Source: a virus
Direction: 5' to 3' (one strand)
DNA: 64,000 nt
IMG/VR virus record: IMGVR_UViG_3300002231_001563
Location: 64,001-128,000 of that record
Under the pieces are notes generated by a model, which was not told the origin of the DNA, made no database searches, and worked only from the letters and a program-made list of their open reading frames with translations. A program made the position numbers and the translations under genes. Shown piece after piece: positions 27,741 to 37,059 of the stretch (position 1 is its first letter; each line of letters starts with the position of its first letter).

Positions 27741-30700
27741 ATGGCTATAATTTCAAAATACCTTTTTGCAGGTACCTTCCAAGATTCTGTGGGTACAGTT
27801 CATGGAACGGCAAACGGAGGCATGGATGCTAGTGCCACCGATGGCGACCGAACCGTAGCTGTATTCGACGGAACCGATGATTACATTGATTTGGGTAGTG
27901 ATTTTCGCTTCAACACTGAAGACTTCACCTTTAGCATGTGGATCAAGCCACAATCCTCTCAGCAAGACTGGGCCAGGATTATGGGTACCTTGTACAATGA
28001 TCCAATTAGAGGCTGGGGTTTCGAACAAGAAGCGGGACAAACTAACAGATATAGGTTCCAATCATTTGATGGAAGCACTTGGACCGAGTCTGACGCGAAC
28101 AATGTACTTGAAATCACTCCTGATGTATGGTCTCACCTAGTTATTACTAGGTCTGGAACAGCCATTAAGGGGTACATAAACGGACAGCATGTGTACACGG
28201 CAGTGACACACGCTACGATGGATAGCACTCACAACTTTCAGTTGGGTACCAACCCCGCAGTCTCTCAGAATAACTGGGGCGACTATTGGGCCGGCTCAAT
28301 TGACGAATTCACAGTTCATGATGTAGCCTTGTCCGATGGGGAAGTGGAAACTTTGTACGACAATGATCCACTCACTCCGGTCACCGTTTCTTTGACCTTT
28401 GAAATGGTCGATTCCTACGGCGACGGCTGGAATGGGTCCACATTCCAGATATACGATGATGCAAATGTTACAGTCCAATCACTGACTCTGGCAGGCGGAG
28501 CGGGCCCCGAAGTGGTCTCGTTCGAACTTCCGGAAGGTGATTACACTTGGGCATTTGTGAGTCAAAATTGGATGAGCGAGGTTACGGCCACACTCACTAA
28601 CACAACAGCGGATCCTGACGAGCAGATACTTTTCAGTTCGGGTGGGAATTTATTGAGCGGAGCTTTTACTCTCTCGTTGCCCTTCCCGTCGATTTCGCCA
28701 ACTCTCGAAACGAGCGCTGGTGATATCACTATCTCTGTCACTCTCAATGATCTTGCTGTCAGTGCAGGCGCAACCGGCTGGGCATATTCATTGACGGATA
28801 TTTTCGTCGATGGCCAAGCCCACGGCGGCACTGCAGTGGCACTAGGAGCAGACGCAACAGTGAGCCCTACTCCGCATGGCGAACATGCTGTATATGTAGC
28901 AGCTATCGACACCAACGGACTTGTAGTGGTCAAGAATCAGGCCAGTATTAATAATACACCCCCCATAGAGGTAACGATTGTAAAGTCTGACTCTTACAAC
29001 GACTCGTGGGATGGCACAGTTCTTGAGATCCGCAATGCCGGCGACAACGCCCTGGCGCATTCTTCCACATTGGCCTCCGGAGCATCTCCCGAAACCATTT
29101 ATGTGGATTTAACTCCAGGTGATTATACTTGGGCTTTGGTGGGAGGAGGATATCCAGAGGAACATTCTGTGGATATCACACGTTCAAGCGACGGCCTTGC
29201 CTTAGCTTCGAGCGCAGCTTCTGTTCCGTCTAATGGTTCATTTACTCTAGCAGCACCCGGCCCATCCATTTCAGTGGATTCGACCACACAGCTGAATGGA
29301 GAAGTGACCATGGCAGTTTCGGCAAATGCTTTAGCAATCGCTGAAGGCGCAACCCACTGGGCTCACCAGGACGCTACGCCATTTGTCTTAGGAGCAACGC
29401 ACAGTGGAGCTACCAGCCTTTTGGCTGCCACTAGCACCGAGACATATGCTTCTGCGGGAGTAGAAACAATTCACGTCGCCGCCTTGGATGGCGCCGGGAC
29501 TGTTCTTGCTATCTCTAGTGTAGATGTGGACATATGGCTTCCCAAGGTGGCCATAGATGATGAATTTATCCTCACTACTTATTTGGACCACCCGTCAATT
29601 CCAGGCACTGGGGCCCATCCTCTTCTCGATGAAGATAATGAGCAATGGGGTCCTTTCTGGATCGGAGAACTTACAGTTAAATCTCTGTCAGTAGATTCTC
29701 AAGATGAGTCTACTATAGAGCAGGCTGTGACCTTTGATGATGGATCAGGCGGAACCCTGGATCTAGATTGGTTGATAAAGCAACTAATTATCAAAAACAA
29801 ATTGCACGAATTGAGCGGACCTCACGCCACTGCCGGCGCTGTGTTCAAATCAATTATAGATGGTACTGCGGCATTTGATGCAGCCGACCTACTCTCATGG
29901 AACGCTGAAGATACTCACACCATTCTCACGCCGGCTTCGCCGAGTGGATGGTCAGCAGACTATGATTTGCAGTTGTTTTCCGATAGTGGAACTACTACTC
30001 TTATCGAATATGCTTCGGGCACCGGTACGGTTAGTGGGCCCAATGGCGCAGGAAATGTAGCATATCTTTTCGCCGCCGACTTCGAAGTGGCCGCAGACCC
30101 GACCGCGCAACACCCTAGAGGTGCTGCAGACGCCCAATACGACCTGTCAAGCGATGGGGCGGATAGTGTGGGGTCGAATGACGGTACTCTATTCGGAGAT
30201 CCACAATTTGGACTAGAAGATGGTCGAGGATTTATTACCCTCGACGGTACAGGGGATTATGTGAGAGTTCCCCACGACGCGTCTAATAATTTTGGAGATC
30301 CAAGCCAGAACTTCACTATAAGTTTCTGGTTTAAAACGGATGCTGATTACAGTATTCTGTCGAAAGGGCGCCCATCTTCAGCAAGCGATTTCTGGGGCTT
30401 CTATATAGACGCGGGCCGAATTGTGTTCCGAGCTTGGGATCAAGGGCCAGACGCGGCATATACCGCAACCAGTGAAACCGATACTTTCACCGATAATTTG
30501 TGGCACCACGTAGTTGTTTCACACGACTCTGGTACGGCATATTTATATGTGGACGGAAATTGTGAAGCTTCTGTGGAATTAACTCAGAATCATTCCAATA
30601 GTGATTATCTCACTATCGGAGCCTATTTCAATTATTCTTGGGGTGACAATTACTTCACCGGGGATATTTCAGACGTCCGTTTGTGGACTTCAGAAAGTTC

Positions 30701-33700
30701 TTGGCTTAATGTCACGACCATGTACCAGGAAGGAGTTCCCTCGTCTCTCGGGGCATCGACTTCTGTTTCTGGCGACGACGTAACTATCTCTGTTTCGCCC
30801 AATCTAAATGCTATCGCAGATGGCATTGTAGCATGGGCTTATTCAGTGGACACTCCTTTGGGTGCAGTAGGGAATCCTCACGGTGGAACTGCGGCGGTAC
30901 TTGGGAATAGTGAAGTAGTGACGGTTGCAGTAGGACAGCATGATATCTATGCTGCGGGAATTGATGCATCTGGAAATGTGGTTTTACCACAATCTCAAGT
31001 GTCTATCGATACAACTCCCATGGTAACCCTGAGGTTTGATTGGTACGCTGATCACTGGAGCGGTTTTAACTCCAGGACTTTCGAGCTATTGGATTCAGGG
31101 GATAATATAGTCCACTCCGTCTCACCTGCTTCCGCAGGCGCAGGCACAGAGAATATTACTATCCCCCAGGATACTTATAAATGGCAGGTTGTAGCTTATC
31201 GTAACGACTATAAGGATATCGAGAACCACGCGCAAGCAACGTTCCAGGTCTGGCAGATTGACATCGATGAGTATGGTTCTGACTTTCTCTTGCTAGAGAA
31301 GGGATCAGATCTGGATGGAAATCCAGGACCCTTCGTCGCACAAGCGAATAACGGAGGTTATGGCAACATAATGCAAGGCCCGCACAACATAGTTCTTCCA
31401 AGGCCGCCTGAACATGAAAACCTCACGGTTCCAGTTTGGGAAGCAGGAAAAACATACCAGTGGGCAAACTGGCAATCAGAACAGAATGTGACGGATTATG
31501 GAGGGTATGTTGATTTCTCACTTAGTGTAGACATCGATGATCTTCCTTTCGCCCCAGGTGGGCTACCATCTGCTGGTGCCATCACACTAGTTGTTGATGG
31601 AATCGATATCAGCGGTGCACCCTTTGCTGACAGGACCCTTATCTACACTTATACAGGTCTAGATAATCCAGGCTCTCTGTACGATGGGGCCACATTGCAG
31701 ACGATTAACGGCAACGCGGCAAGCCCACTTGAGGAGAATTTCTGGAGAATACACCAGTTAAGCAATTATGACTTCGATGGGTCGGATAATGTGACGGATA
31801 ACGTAATTATATCTTTGCAGCCGGGTTTTCCGAATATTGCAACTCCAAATCCAGCAAGGCCAATGCCTGGCTTATTACAGCCTGGAAGTAATCTTGTCAT
31901 TAAGGCACTCCTAATCACCTCTGCTGGGGTAGATTATGACGTCTTGGCAAACATTAAATACTCCAGTTCCTTGACTAGTCAAGCTGTTGATGTAGTCTCT
32001 CATTCCTTGAGTTTGAGCGGCGCCACAATGGCGGCTGGCTTCGCGCAGGGAGATATCGAGCTATACGATGATACAGATCAACTTATCGCGACATATGGAG
32101 ACACTGCCACAGCGGGTGAAGCTTTTGCTTACGCTGTAAAATTGACCGAAGGTATTTATTACCTTAAGATGAAAGACAACGAAAACGACGGGATGTTTAC
32201 TTTAGAAAACAACCTCGCCACTGTAGTCTTTCAGGGGACGAATTTAGCAACAGGATTAAGTGATGAAAAGAGCGTAATACCTACAGTTGCCGAATTTTTA
32301 GCCAACCCAGAGACGCATGACGGCACATCTGATGATAATGCTCACGCGCGCCTCTACTTTGAGATCGGCGCAGATTTATCTGTTGCCATTCCGTATACTC
32401 AAGGGGATACGGTTTATTATACCAATGCAGGTCTGACCCCAGAGGGCTGGACAGGGCAAGTCTATGATGATTCTACGGGATCAAATATCGTAGAAAGTTG
32501 GTACACATGGCCAACTGGCGCAGGTTTTCCTAGTGCTGGAGTTGGGACCTTGATCGATAATGGTCAAGGGGGCGGTAATAACAATAATAACAATAATAAT
32601 AACCAAGGAGGAGAAAACAACATGGCTAGAATTATTAAAAATAGGGTTGATTTAAGAACCCAAATGGAAGACGGTGAACATGAGGGGCCTTTCGGTACCG
32701 TTGGAGCTGAATTCCTTAAAGGCGACGGTCGCGCCATTGTCGATTTTGTAATGGACAACGACCACCACATCATTAATAAGGGACTCGTCAAGGGTTCTTA
32801 TGATGCACTAATTGCAGACGTTGCAGCCGAAGAATCATCATATGATGTTCAGAAGGCCACCGACGATGCAACTGAAGTTACAGAAGAGGGTGAAGTTGCT
32901 GCTGAATTGGCAGTTCTTGAAGCTCTCATGGCAGAAGGTATTAGCTGGAAAAGCCCAGAGCTTACAGTTGATGATGCGTTCGCACGCGCCATCGCTGATC
33001 GCGATGCCGGAAATCCATGGCTCAACGGAAGTGTCGTAGCTATCCATACTGACCTTCTGGTTCTACTTGTACTGAAGGAGTCGGACTTAGAAGCGCAAAT
33101 TTGCACTCAAGCAGGCGCCGTTAACGCAGCCGAAATCGCAGCAGACATCACCAGTGGCGCGCTTGCCCCAACAGACGTGGTTCCGTTCCTCGTCGGCATC
33201 ACCTCTATGGAGCCTGATCGACTTTTCGATTTCAGTAGCCTTGAGTTAGCTGTACAGAACCTAATGGACGTCGATGATCAGTTCACCGGCCTTATGGGTT
33301 TCGACCCAGAGGCTATGAGTGTTCAGGATCAGTGTGATGCTGCACGCGCACACGCGATCGCTGCTTATACCACCGCAGTTGGTCAAACTGAGCAAATGGC
33401 TCAAGCTTCTTCAAACTTCATCACAGCATTACTTGCTGAAGATAAGGATAGTGATCTTAGCTATACTGGCACTTACGCCGCAGCTTCTGATCTTACGGCC
33501 TCTCTTCTCGGCCCCAACGCTGGCAGTCGCCAGTTAAAGGACGTCGAAGTATATGTCGCAGGTGTAAGATCTTTTGATTCTTTCGCCATCGATGCAGTCG
33601 CAGGAACAGTAACGATTTTGGCCGGCGTCCACGAGGACGGCGCTCCAATTCAGATTTTCGCTAGAATGGAACTCATTACTGAAAGAGCGAATCCTCTAGG

Positions 33701-33707
33701 AGCCTAA
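27741..33707 (+). CDS. Giant modular fibre/adhesin (2 LamG domains, repeated beta-sandwiches, C-terminal fibre module)
   Basis: Two LamG/ConA units (FDGTDDYI...FTFSMWIK...WSHLV...GSIDEF; LDGTGDYV...FTISFWFK...WHHVV...GDISDV), DSYGDGWNG-type repeats, three WAYS/HGGTA Ig-like repeats; GGGAGG SD. Confidence 0.8.
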   Translation: MAIISKYLFAGTFQDSVGTVHGTANGGMDASATDGDRTVAVFDGTDDYIDLGSDFRFNTEDFTFSMWIKPQSSQQDWARIMGTLYNDPIRGWGFEQEAGQTNRYRFQSFDGSTWTESDANNVLEITPDVWSHLVITRSGTAIKGYINGQHVYTAVTHATMDSTHNFQLGTNPAVSQNNWGDYWAGSIDEFTVHDVALSDGEVETLYDNDPLTPVTVSLTFEMVDSYGDGWNGSTFQIYDDANVTVQSLTLAGGAGPEVVSFELPEGDYTWAFVSQNWMSEVTATLTNTTADPDEQILFSSGGNLLSGAFTLSLPFPSISPTLETSAGDITISVTLNDLAVSAGATGWAYSLTDIFVDGQAHGGTAVALGADATVSPTPHGEHAVYVAAIDTNGLVVVKNQASINNTPPIEVTIVKSDSYNDSWDGTVLEIRNAGDNALAHSSTLASGASPETIYVDLTPGDYTWALVGGGYPEEHSVDITRSSDGLALASSAASVPSNGSFTLAAPGPSISVDSTTQLNGEVTMAVSANALAIAEGATHWAHQDATPFVLGATHSGATSLLAATSTETYASAGVETIHVAALDGAGTVLAISSVDVDIWLPKVAIDDEFILTTYLDHPSIPGTGAHPLLDEDNEQWGPFWIGELTVKSLSVDSQDESTIEQAVTFDDGSGGTLDLDWLIKQLIIKNKLHELSGPHATAGAVFKSIIDGTAAFDAADLLSWNAEDTHTILTPASPSGWSADYDLQLFSDSGTTTLIEYASGTGTVSGPNGAGNVAYLFAADFEVAADPTAQHPRGAADAQYDLSSDGADSVGSNDGTLFGDPQFGLEDGRGFITLDGTGDYVRVPHDASNNFGDPSQNFTISFWFKTDADYSILSKGRPSSASDFWGFYIDAGRIVFRAWDQGPDAAYTATSETDTFTDNLWHHVVVSHDSGTAYLYVDGNCEASVELTQNHSNSDYLTIGAYFNYSWGDNYFTGDISDVRLWTSESSWLNVTTMYQEGVPSSLGASTSVSGDDVTISVSPNLNAIADGIVAWAYSVDTPLGAVGNPHGGTAAVLGNSEVVTVAVGQHDIYAAGIDASGNVVLPQSQVSIDTTPMVTLRFDWYADHWSGFNSRTFELLDSGDNIVHSVSPASAGAGTENITIPQDTYKWQVVAYRNDYKDIENHAQATFQVWQIDIDEYGSDFLLLEKGSDLDGNPGPFVAQANNGGYGNIMQGPHNIVLPRPPEHENLTVPVWEAGKTYQWANWQSEQNVTDYGGYVDFSLSVDIDDLPFAPGGLPSAGAITLVVDGIDISGAPFADRTLIYTYTGLDNPGSLYDGATLQTINGNAASPLEENFWRIHQLSNYDFDGSDNVTDNVIISLQPGFPNIATPNPARPMPGLLQPGSNLVIKALLITSAGVDYDVLANIKYSSSLTSQAVDVVSHSLSLSGATMAAGFAQGDIELYDDTDQLIATYGDTATAGEAFAYAVKLTEGIYYLKMKDNENDGMFTLENNLATVVFQGTNLATGLSDEKSVIPTVAEFLANPETHDGTSDDNAHARLYFEIGADLSVAIPYTQGDTVYYTNAGLTPEGWTGQVYDDSTGSNIVESWYTWPTGAGFPSAGVGTLIDNGQGGGNNNNNNNNNQGGENNMARIIKNRVDLRTQMEDGEHEGPFGTVGAEFLKGDGRAIVDFVMDNDHHIINKGLVKGSYDALIADVAAEESSYDVQKATDDATEVTEEGEVAAELAVLEALMAEGISWKSPELTVDDAFARAIADRDAGNPWLNGSVVAIHTDLLVLLVLKESDLEAQICTQAGAVNAAEIAADITSGALAPTDVVPFLVGITSMEPDRLFDFSSLELAVQNLMDVDDQFTGLMGFDPEAMSVQDQCDAARAHAIAAYTTAVGQTEQMAQASSNFITALLAEDKDSDLSYTGTYAAASDLTASLLGPNAGSRQLKDVEVYVAGVRSFDSFAIDAVAGTVTILAGVHEDGAPIQIFARMELITERANPLGA
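32575..32603 (+). repeat. (AAT/AAC)n tract encoding poly-Asn
   Basis: GGT AAT AAC AAT AAT AAC AAT AAT AAT AAC directly before an internal AAGGAGGAG. Confidence 0.9.
32622..33707 (+). CDS. Internally initiated acidic fibre protein (MARIIKNRV...), in frame with the giant ORF
   Basis: CAAGGAGGAGAAAACAAC-ATG, resembling the RBS of the next two genes; shares motifs with them. Confidence 0.65.
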   Translation: MARIIKNRVDLRTQMEDGEHEGPFGTVGAEFLKGDGRAIVDFVMDNDHHIINKGLVKGSYDALIADVAAEESSYDVQKATDDATEVTEEGEVAAELAVLEALMAEGISWKSPELTVDDAFARAIADRDAGNPWLNGSVVAIHTDLLVLLVLKESDLEAQICTQAGAVNAAEIAADITSGALAPTDVVPFLVGITSMEPDRLFDFSSLELAVQNLMDVDDQFTGLMGFDPEAMSVQDQCDAARAHAIAAYTTAVGQTEQMAQASSNFITALLAEDKDSDLSYTGTYAAASDLTASLLGPNAGSRQLKDVEVYVAGVRSFDSFAIDAVAGTVTILAGVHEDGAPIQIFARMELITERANPLGA

Positions 33708-33768
33708 TGACATACGCACTTAGAAACCATTTAATTAATTATTTTTAAAATAAAGGAGAAATAAAAAA

Positions 33769-35013
33769 ATGGCAAAAACAAAACTAGTCCCCGGACAAAT
33801 TAATAATAAAGAAGTAGCAGGCGCAGGTGGCCTTCTAGACGGAAACCTCTTAAGAGCCGACGGCTCCGTAGCTTTTCGCTTGGAAACGGACGAATATGCA
33901 GTTGCTGATTCTAAAACTATCGCCAATAAATGGCTCCACGACCGCGAGGTCGCCGCTGCCACTGGCGTGGATGCTGCTGGAGGTGCCGATGAGGCAACTC
34001 TTCTTGCTGCTTCCGAAACCTCAGTCGCTGCTGACGCTTCTTTGGCATCAATGGACGCGACTCGCAGACTCAAAAAGCTGCAATACGACGAAAAAGATGA
34101 AGATATGTTTGAAATGAAAGCTATCTATCAAGGAATGGCACCTAACATTCGCGGCGTTGATTTAAGCACTGTTATGGCAGCTGCTCACGACAACGGTGCA
34201 GTAGGTGCTGCACGCCGCGCTGACCTATGGTTACGCTTGGCAGAGTTTAAGCAATTGCTTCAAACTGGCTATATCTTCTTGGAACCATTCGCAGGAAATG
34301 AAGCAGGTCTCAAGGCACAATCTCTTGCAGACGCCCCACAGGGATCTGTCCAGGTTCCATCCGTCCCATCCGAAACTTTCGACGGCGCAACCATCGATGT
34401 ATGGTACCGTAAAGGCGCCGCAGGCGTTGAGGCAGACTGGGTAAGGTTTGCTGATTACTGGGAAGAAGCCGGCTTCCAGGGAGACGGTCAAGCTTCCATT
34501 ACCGATACGGGCTTGTACATAGAGCTTGTAACGGACGTTAATGGATTGCACTCCGCAGCTCACAGCCATATGGCACAAGCAGACATTGAAGCGGCTCAGC
34601 GCTTGTCCGATCTTCAGAATATCGAAATTGATATTATGGATGTTGCTTGGCAAGCATCTGCATCTATCTGCGAACGTCGTGGATCGCAAGCTGTAATCGC
34701 ATCGGGTCCAACCATGCAGGTAGGCCTCTATGCCTCTGCTCCTGAGCTTGGAGCCCCGGATGCAGCCTCAATTCGCCACTTTGTAAATGGCATTTTGCAG
34801 CCCGCACAAGCCTACACTATTACGGAAGACGCTGGTACATACAAGGTAGAGATTACAGGTCTCACCCTAGGACACCAGGTCGTCGTAGATTTCCGCAGAC
34901 TTTTGGTTGATGGAGGCGGTGAAGGTCACTTAGGCCCTTATTCTATTACCAACCACTATGCCAGTAATCAGAGCGAAGTCGACATTAGTGACGAACTCGC
35001 CACACTTGCATAA
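33769..35013 (+). CDS. Acidic Ala-rich fibre-like virion protein
   Basis: AAAGGAG SD; LRADGSVAF and IANKWLHD fibre-type motifs; C-terminal FVNGILQP..YTI domain. Confidence 0.55.
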   Translation: MAKTKLVPGQINNKEVAGAGGLLDGNLLRADGSVAFRLETDEYAVADSKTIANKWLHDREVAAATGVDAAGGADEATLLAASETSVAADASLASMDATRRLKKLQYDEKDEDMFEMKAIYQGMAPNIRGVDLSTVMAAAHDNGAVGAARRADLWLRLAEFKQLLQTGYIFLEPFAGNEAGLKAQSLADAPQGSVQVPSVPSETFDGATIDVWYRKGAAGVEADWVRFADYWEEAGFQGDGQASITDTGLYIELVTDVNGLHSAAHSHMAQADIEAAQRLSDLQNIEIDIMDVAWQASASICERRGSQAVIASGPTMQVGLYASAPELGAPDAASIRHFVNGILQPAQAYTITEDAGTYKVEITGLTLGHQVVVDFRRLLVDGGGEGHLGPYSITNHYASNQSEVDISDELATLA

Positions 35014-35050
35014 TCATTTTTATAATTTATATCAAAAGGAGAAATAAAAA

Positions 35051-36448
35051 ATGACACAAAAAATTAATAGTAATTATCAGACTGATAATAATGATAAGTC
35101 GGCCGCTGAAGTGGCCTATGATGATCACGAATCGGTTCAAGCAGCCCTTGAAGCCGACGCATCGCTCATAGGATCTTTCTCTGGTCAGGTAGCATATGCA
35201 AACGGTATTCATGGAATTCCGTTGACATCTCTCTACTCCGCCCCAGCCAACCCTGCCGATGCAGGATCCTTGGAATTGGGCAATTACGCTGATGTCTCGG
35301 CTTCACTTACCACCGTGGCGAACAAGGGCCTTGTAGATAACTACATTTCCCACGCCAAGCAGGATATGTTGCGCCTCTCCATCAAAATGGACACGGAGCG
35401 CGATCAGCAAATGACAAACATGGAGAGCTTTTGGGGTACAACCCAACAGGCCATTCTCGATAAGGAGAGTCAATTCAAGATTGGTCTCTACTATCACGAG
35501 CCATGTCTCGACGGCGCCGCCCTGGTAGCTCTCGACCTGGACCCAGGTTCTGTTCTCATCGTAGAATCTATTGACTGTTTAGTTATGAGAGTTGGTGAGA
35601 ATAAACTCGAAGAAGCGGGATCTTCTTTCTCGGCCGCCGAGCTAGAGCGATTGGAAGCAATCGATACCTCTGGACGTGAGTTTGAGGATTTTAAAACAGC
35701 TGTAATGGCCGGTATGACAAGTGCATCCGACTATGCCATCTTCTTGCCTGAAGCTGGCCAAGCTACAGTCCGTCAAAACGTTGGTAAAAGCTTCCGCAGT
35801 GACGCGGGAGATATTGCTGCTCTTGACGCGGTTCATGGCTCTATTCTGGACCAGAGTGTCGACACCGACGCAATTTCTGCATTTGCGACAATTGCTGCTG
35901 TTGACGCTGGCATGGAAATCACTGCTGATGGTGAGATCCCTAGAGAACTTGGCAAAATGTCGAAAGAAGCTCGTAAGCTGGCTGCTAACGCACTAGAAGT
36001 CAACAAAGGCGCTAAGTGGTTTAGTGATGAACGATTGGACAACTTGGTTGACGATCAGACTCTCGCTTTTAAAGGTGTACTCGAAGACATCACTAATGAT
36101 GAATTCGTCCGCGCCGACCTCTTGGTTAGCGAGCTGAATGCTGGAGTTTACGCATCCGCTGCACAATTTGCCGATATGAAGGAGCTGAAGTGCTACCTCA
36201 ATGGTGTACTTATGGCCCCTAACGCTGCCGGCGCAGTTGCGGGAGAATCTGCAGGTGAACTATACAGTGCTGCTGATGCAGGCGATGGATCTATTGAGAT
36301 CACTTTCGGTGCCCTAGATGCTGATGATAAGATTTCTATCTTCTTCCGCGCCGTGCGCACTGCTGCTCAAATTCAAACCTGTGCAGGCCGTGCAGCAGTT
36401 GATGCTCAAGGAAACGAAGTTGCAATCGTGACTCCGCAAGTAATGTAA
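35051..36448 (+). CDS. Acidic Ala-rich fibre-like virion protein
   Basis: AAAGGAG SD; VANKGLVD motif; C-terminal YLNGVLM...DDKISIFF domain. Confidence 0.55.
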   Translation: MTQKINSNYQTDNNDKSAAEVAYDDHESVQAALEADASLIGSFSGQVAYANGIHGIPLTSLYSAPANPADAGSLELGNYADVSASLTTVANKGLVDNYISHAKQDMLRLSIKMDTERDQQMTNMESFWGTTQQAILDKESQFKIGLYYHEPCLDGAALVALDLDPGSVLIVESIDCLVMRVGENKLEEAGSSFSAAELERLEAIDTSGREFEDFKTAVMAGMTSASDYAIFLPEAGQATVRQNVGKSFRSDAGDIAALDAVHGSILDQSVDTDAISAFATIAAVDAGMEITADGEIPRELGKMSKEARKLAANALEVNKGAKWFSDERLDNLVDDQTLAFKGVLEDITNDEFVRADLLVSELNAGVYASAAQFADMKELKCYLNGVLMAPNAAGAVAGESAGELYSAADAGDGSIEITFGALDADDKISIFFRAVRTAAQIQTCAGRAAVDAQGNEVAIVTPQVM

Positions 36449-36495
36449 ATTACACCCTTACTTGAGTAAATCTTAGTAATAAATAAAAATATTTC

Positions 36496-36527
36496 CCCCC
36501 CTACTCTTTGTAGGGGGGTTTTATTTT
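36496..36527 (+). terminator. Rho-independent terminator after the fibre cluster
   Basis: CCCCCCTAC-TCTTT-GTAGGGGGG then TTTTATTTT; A-rich 5' side (possibly bidirectional). Confidence 0.85.
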
Positions 36528-36532
36528 AGGGA

Positions 36533-36541
36533 ACTATTTAT
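36533..36541 (+). promoter_or_regulatory. Putative late-promoter motif ACTATTTAT
   Basis: Recurring motif directly after the terminator. Confidence 0.55.
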
Positions 36542-36562
36542 GATATAGCCGGAGGGAGAAAG

Positions 36563-36973
36563 ATGAAGTGGTTTAATAATATATTGTCACGGTTCCGCAC
36601 AAAAGAGCAGCCAGAAGAGATTTTAGACGAAGAATCAATCATCGAGCCGCCAGAACCAGAACCAGAACCAGAACCACTCCCGGATGAAATCGAGGTTCCG
36701 TGGCCTTCTATCGCCCATTTGACTAATCTCGAAGAGGCTTATAATAATAACTTAAATGGCCTGAAAGAACTTCTTTATAATGCAAAATTGAGAGAGACTA
36801 AATACTTGAAACTTCTCGATGAATTGCAGGAGAAGATGCACCAAAAAAGCAAAGAGTTAAAAGCTCTCTATAAAATAGACAAAGAAAGCGAATATGATAT
36901 CTATCTTCCAGAGTCCTATGGCCAATCGGGATATCTTCGACGCGTCACAAAGAATAAACCTCAACAATCATAA
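36563..36973 (+). CDS. Hypothetical protein with (EP)n tract
   Basis: GGAGGG SD; EPPEPEPEPEP followed by a helical region. Confidence 0.6.
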   Translation: MKWFNNILSRFRTKEQPEEILDEESIIEPPEPEPEPEPLPDEIEVPWPSIAHLTNLEEAYNNNLNGLKELLYNAKLRETKYLKLLDELQEKMHQKSKELKALYKIDKESEYDIYLPESYGQSGYLRRVTKNKPQQS

Positions 36974-36999
36974 TTATTATGATTTTAGAATTTTCCAGA

Positions 37000-37008
37000 A
37001 CTATTTAT
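37000..37008 (+). promoter_or_regulatory. Putative late-promoter motif ACTATTTAT (sheath)
   Basis: Recurring motif about 50 nt before the sheath ATG. Confidence 0.55.
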
Positions 37009-37059
37009 TTATAAAGTGATAAAACAAATCTGATTTGTCTTTAGAAGGAGAACTTTTAG

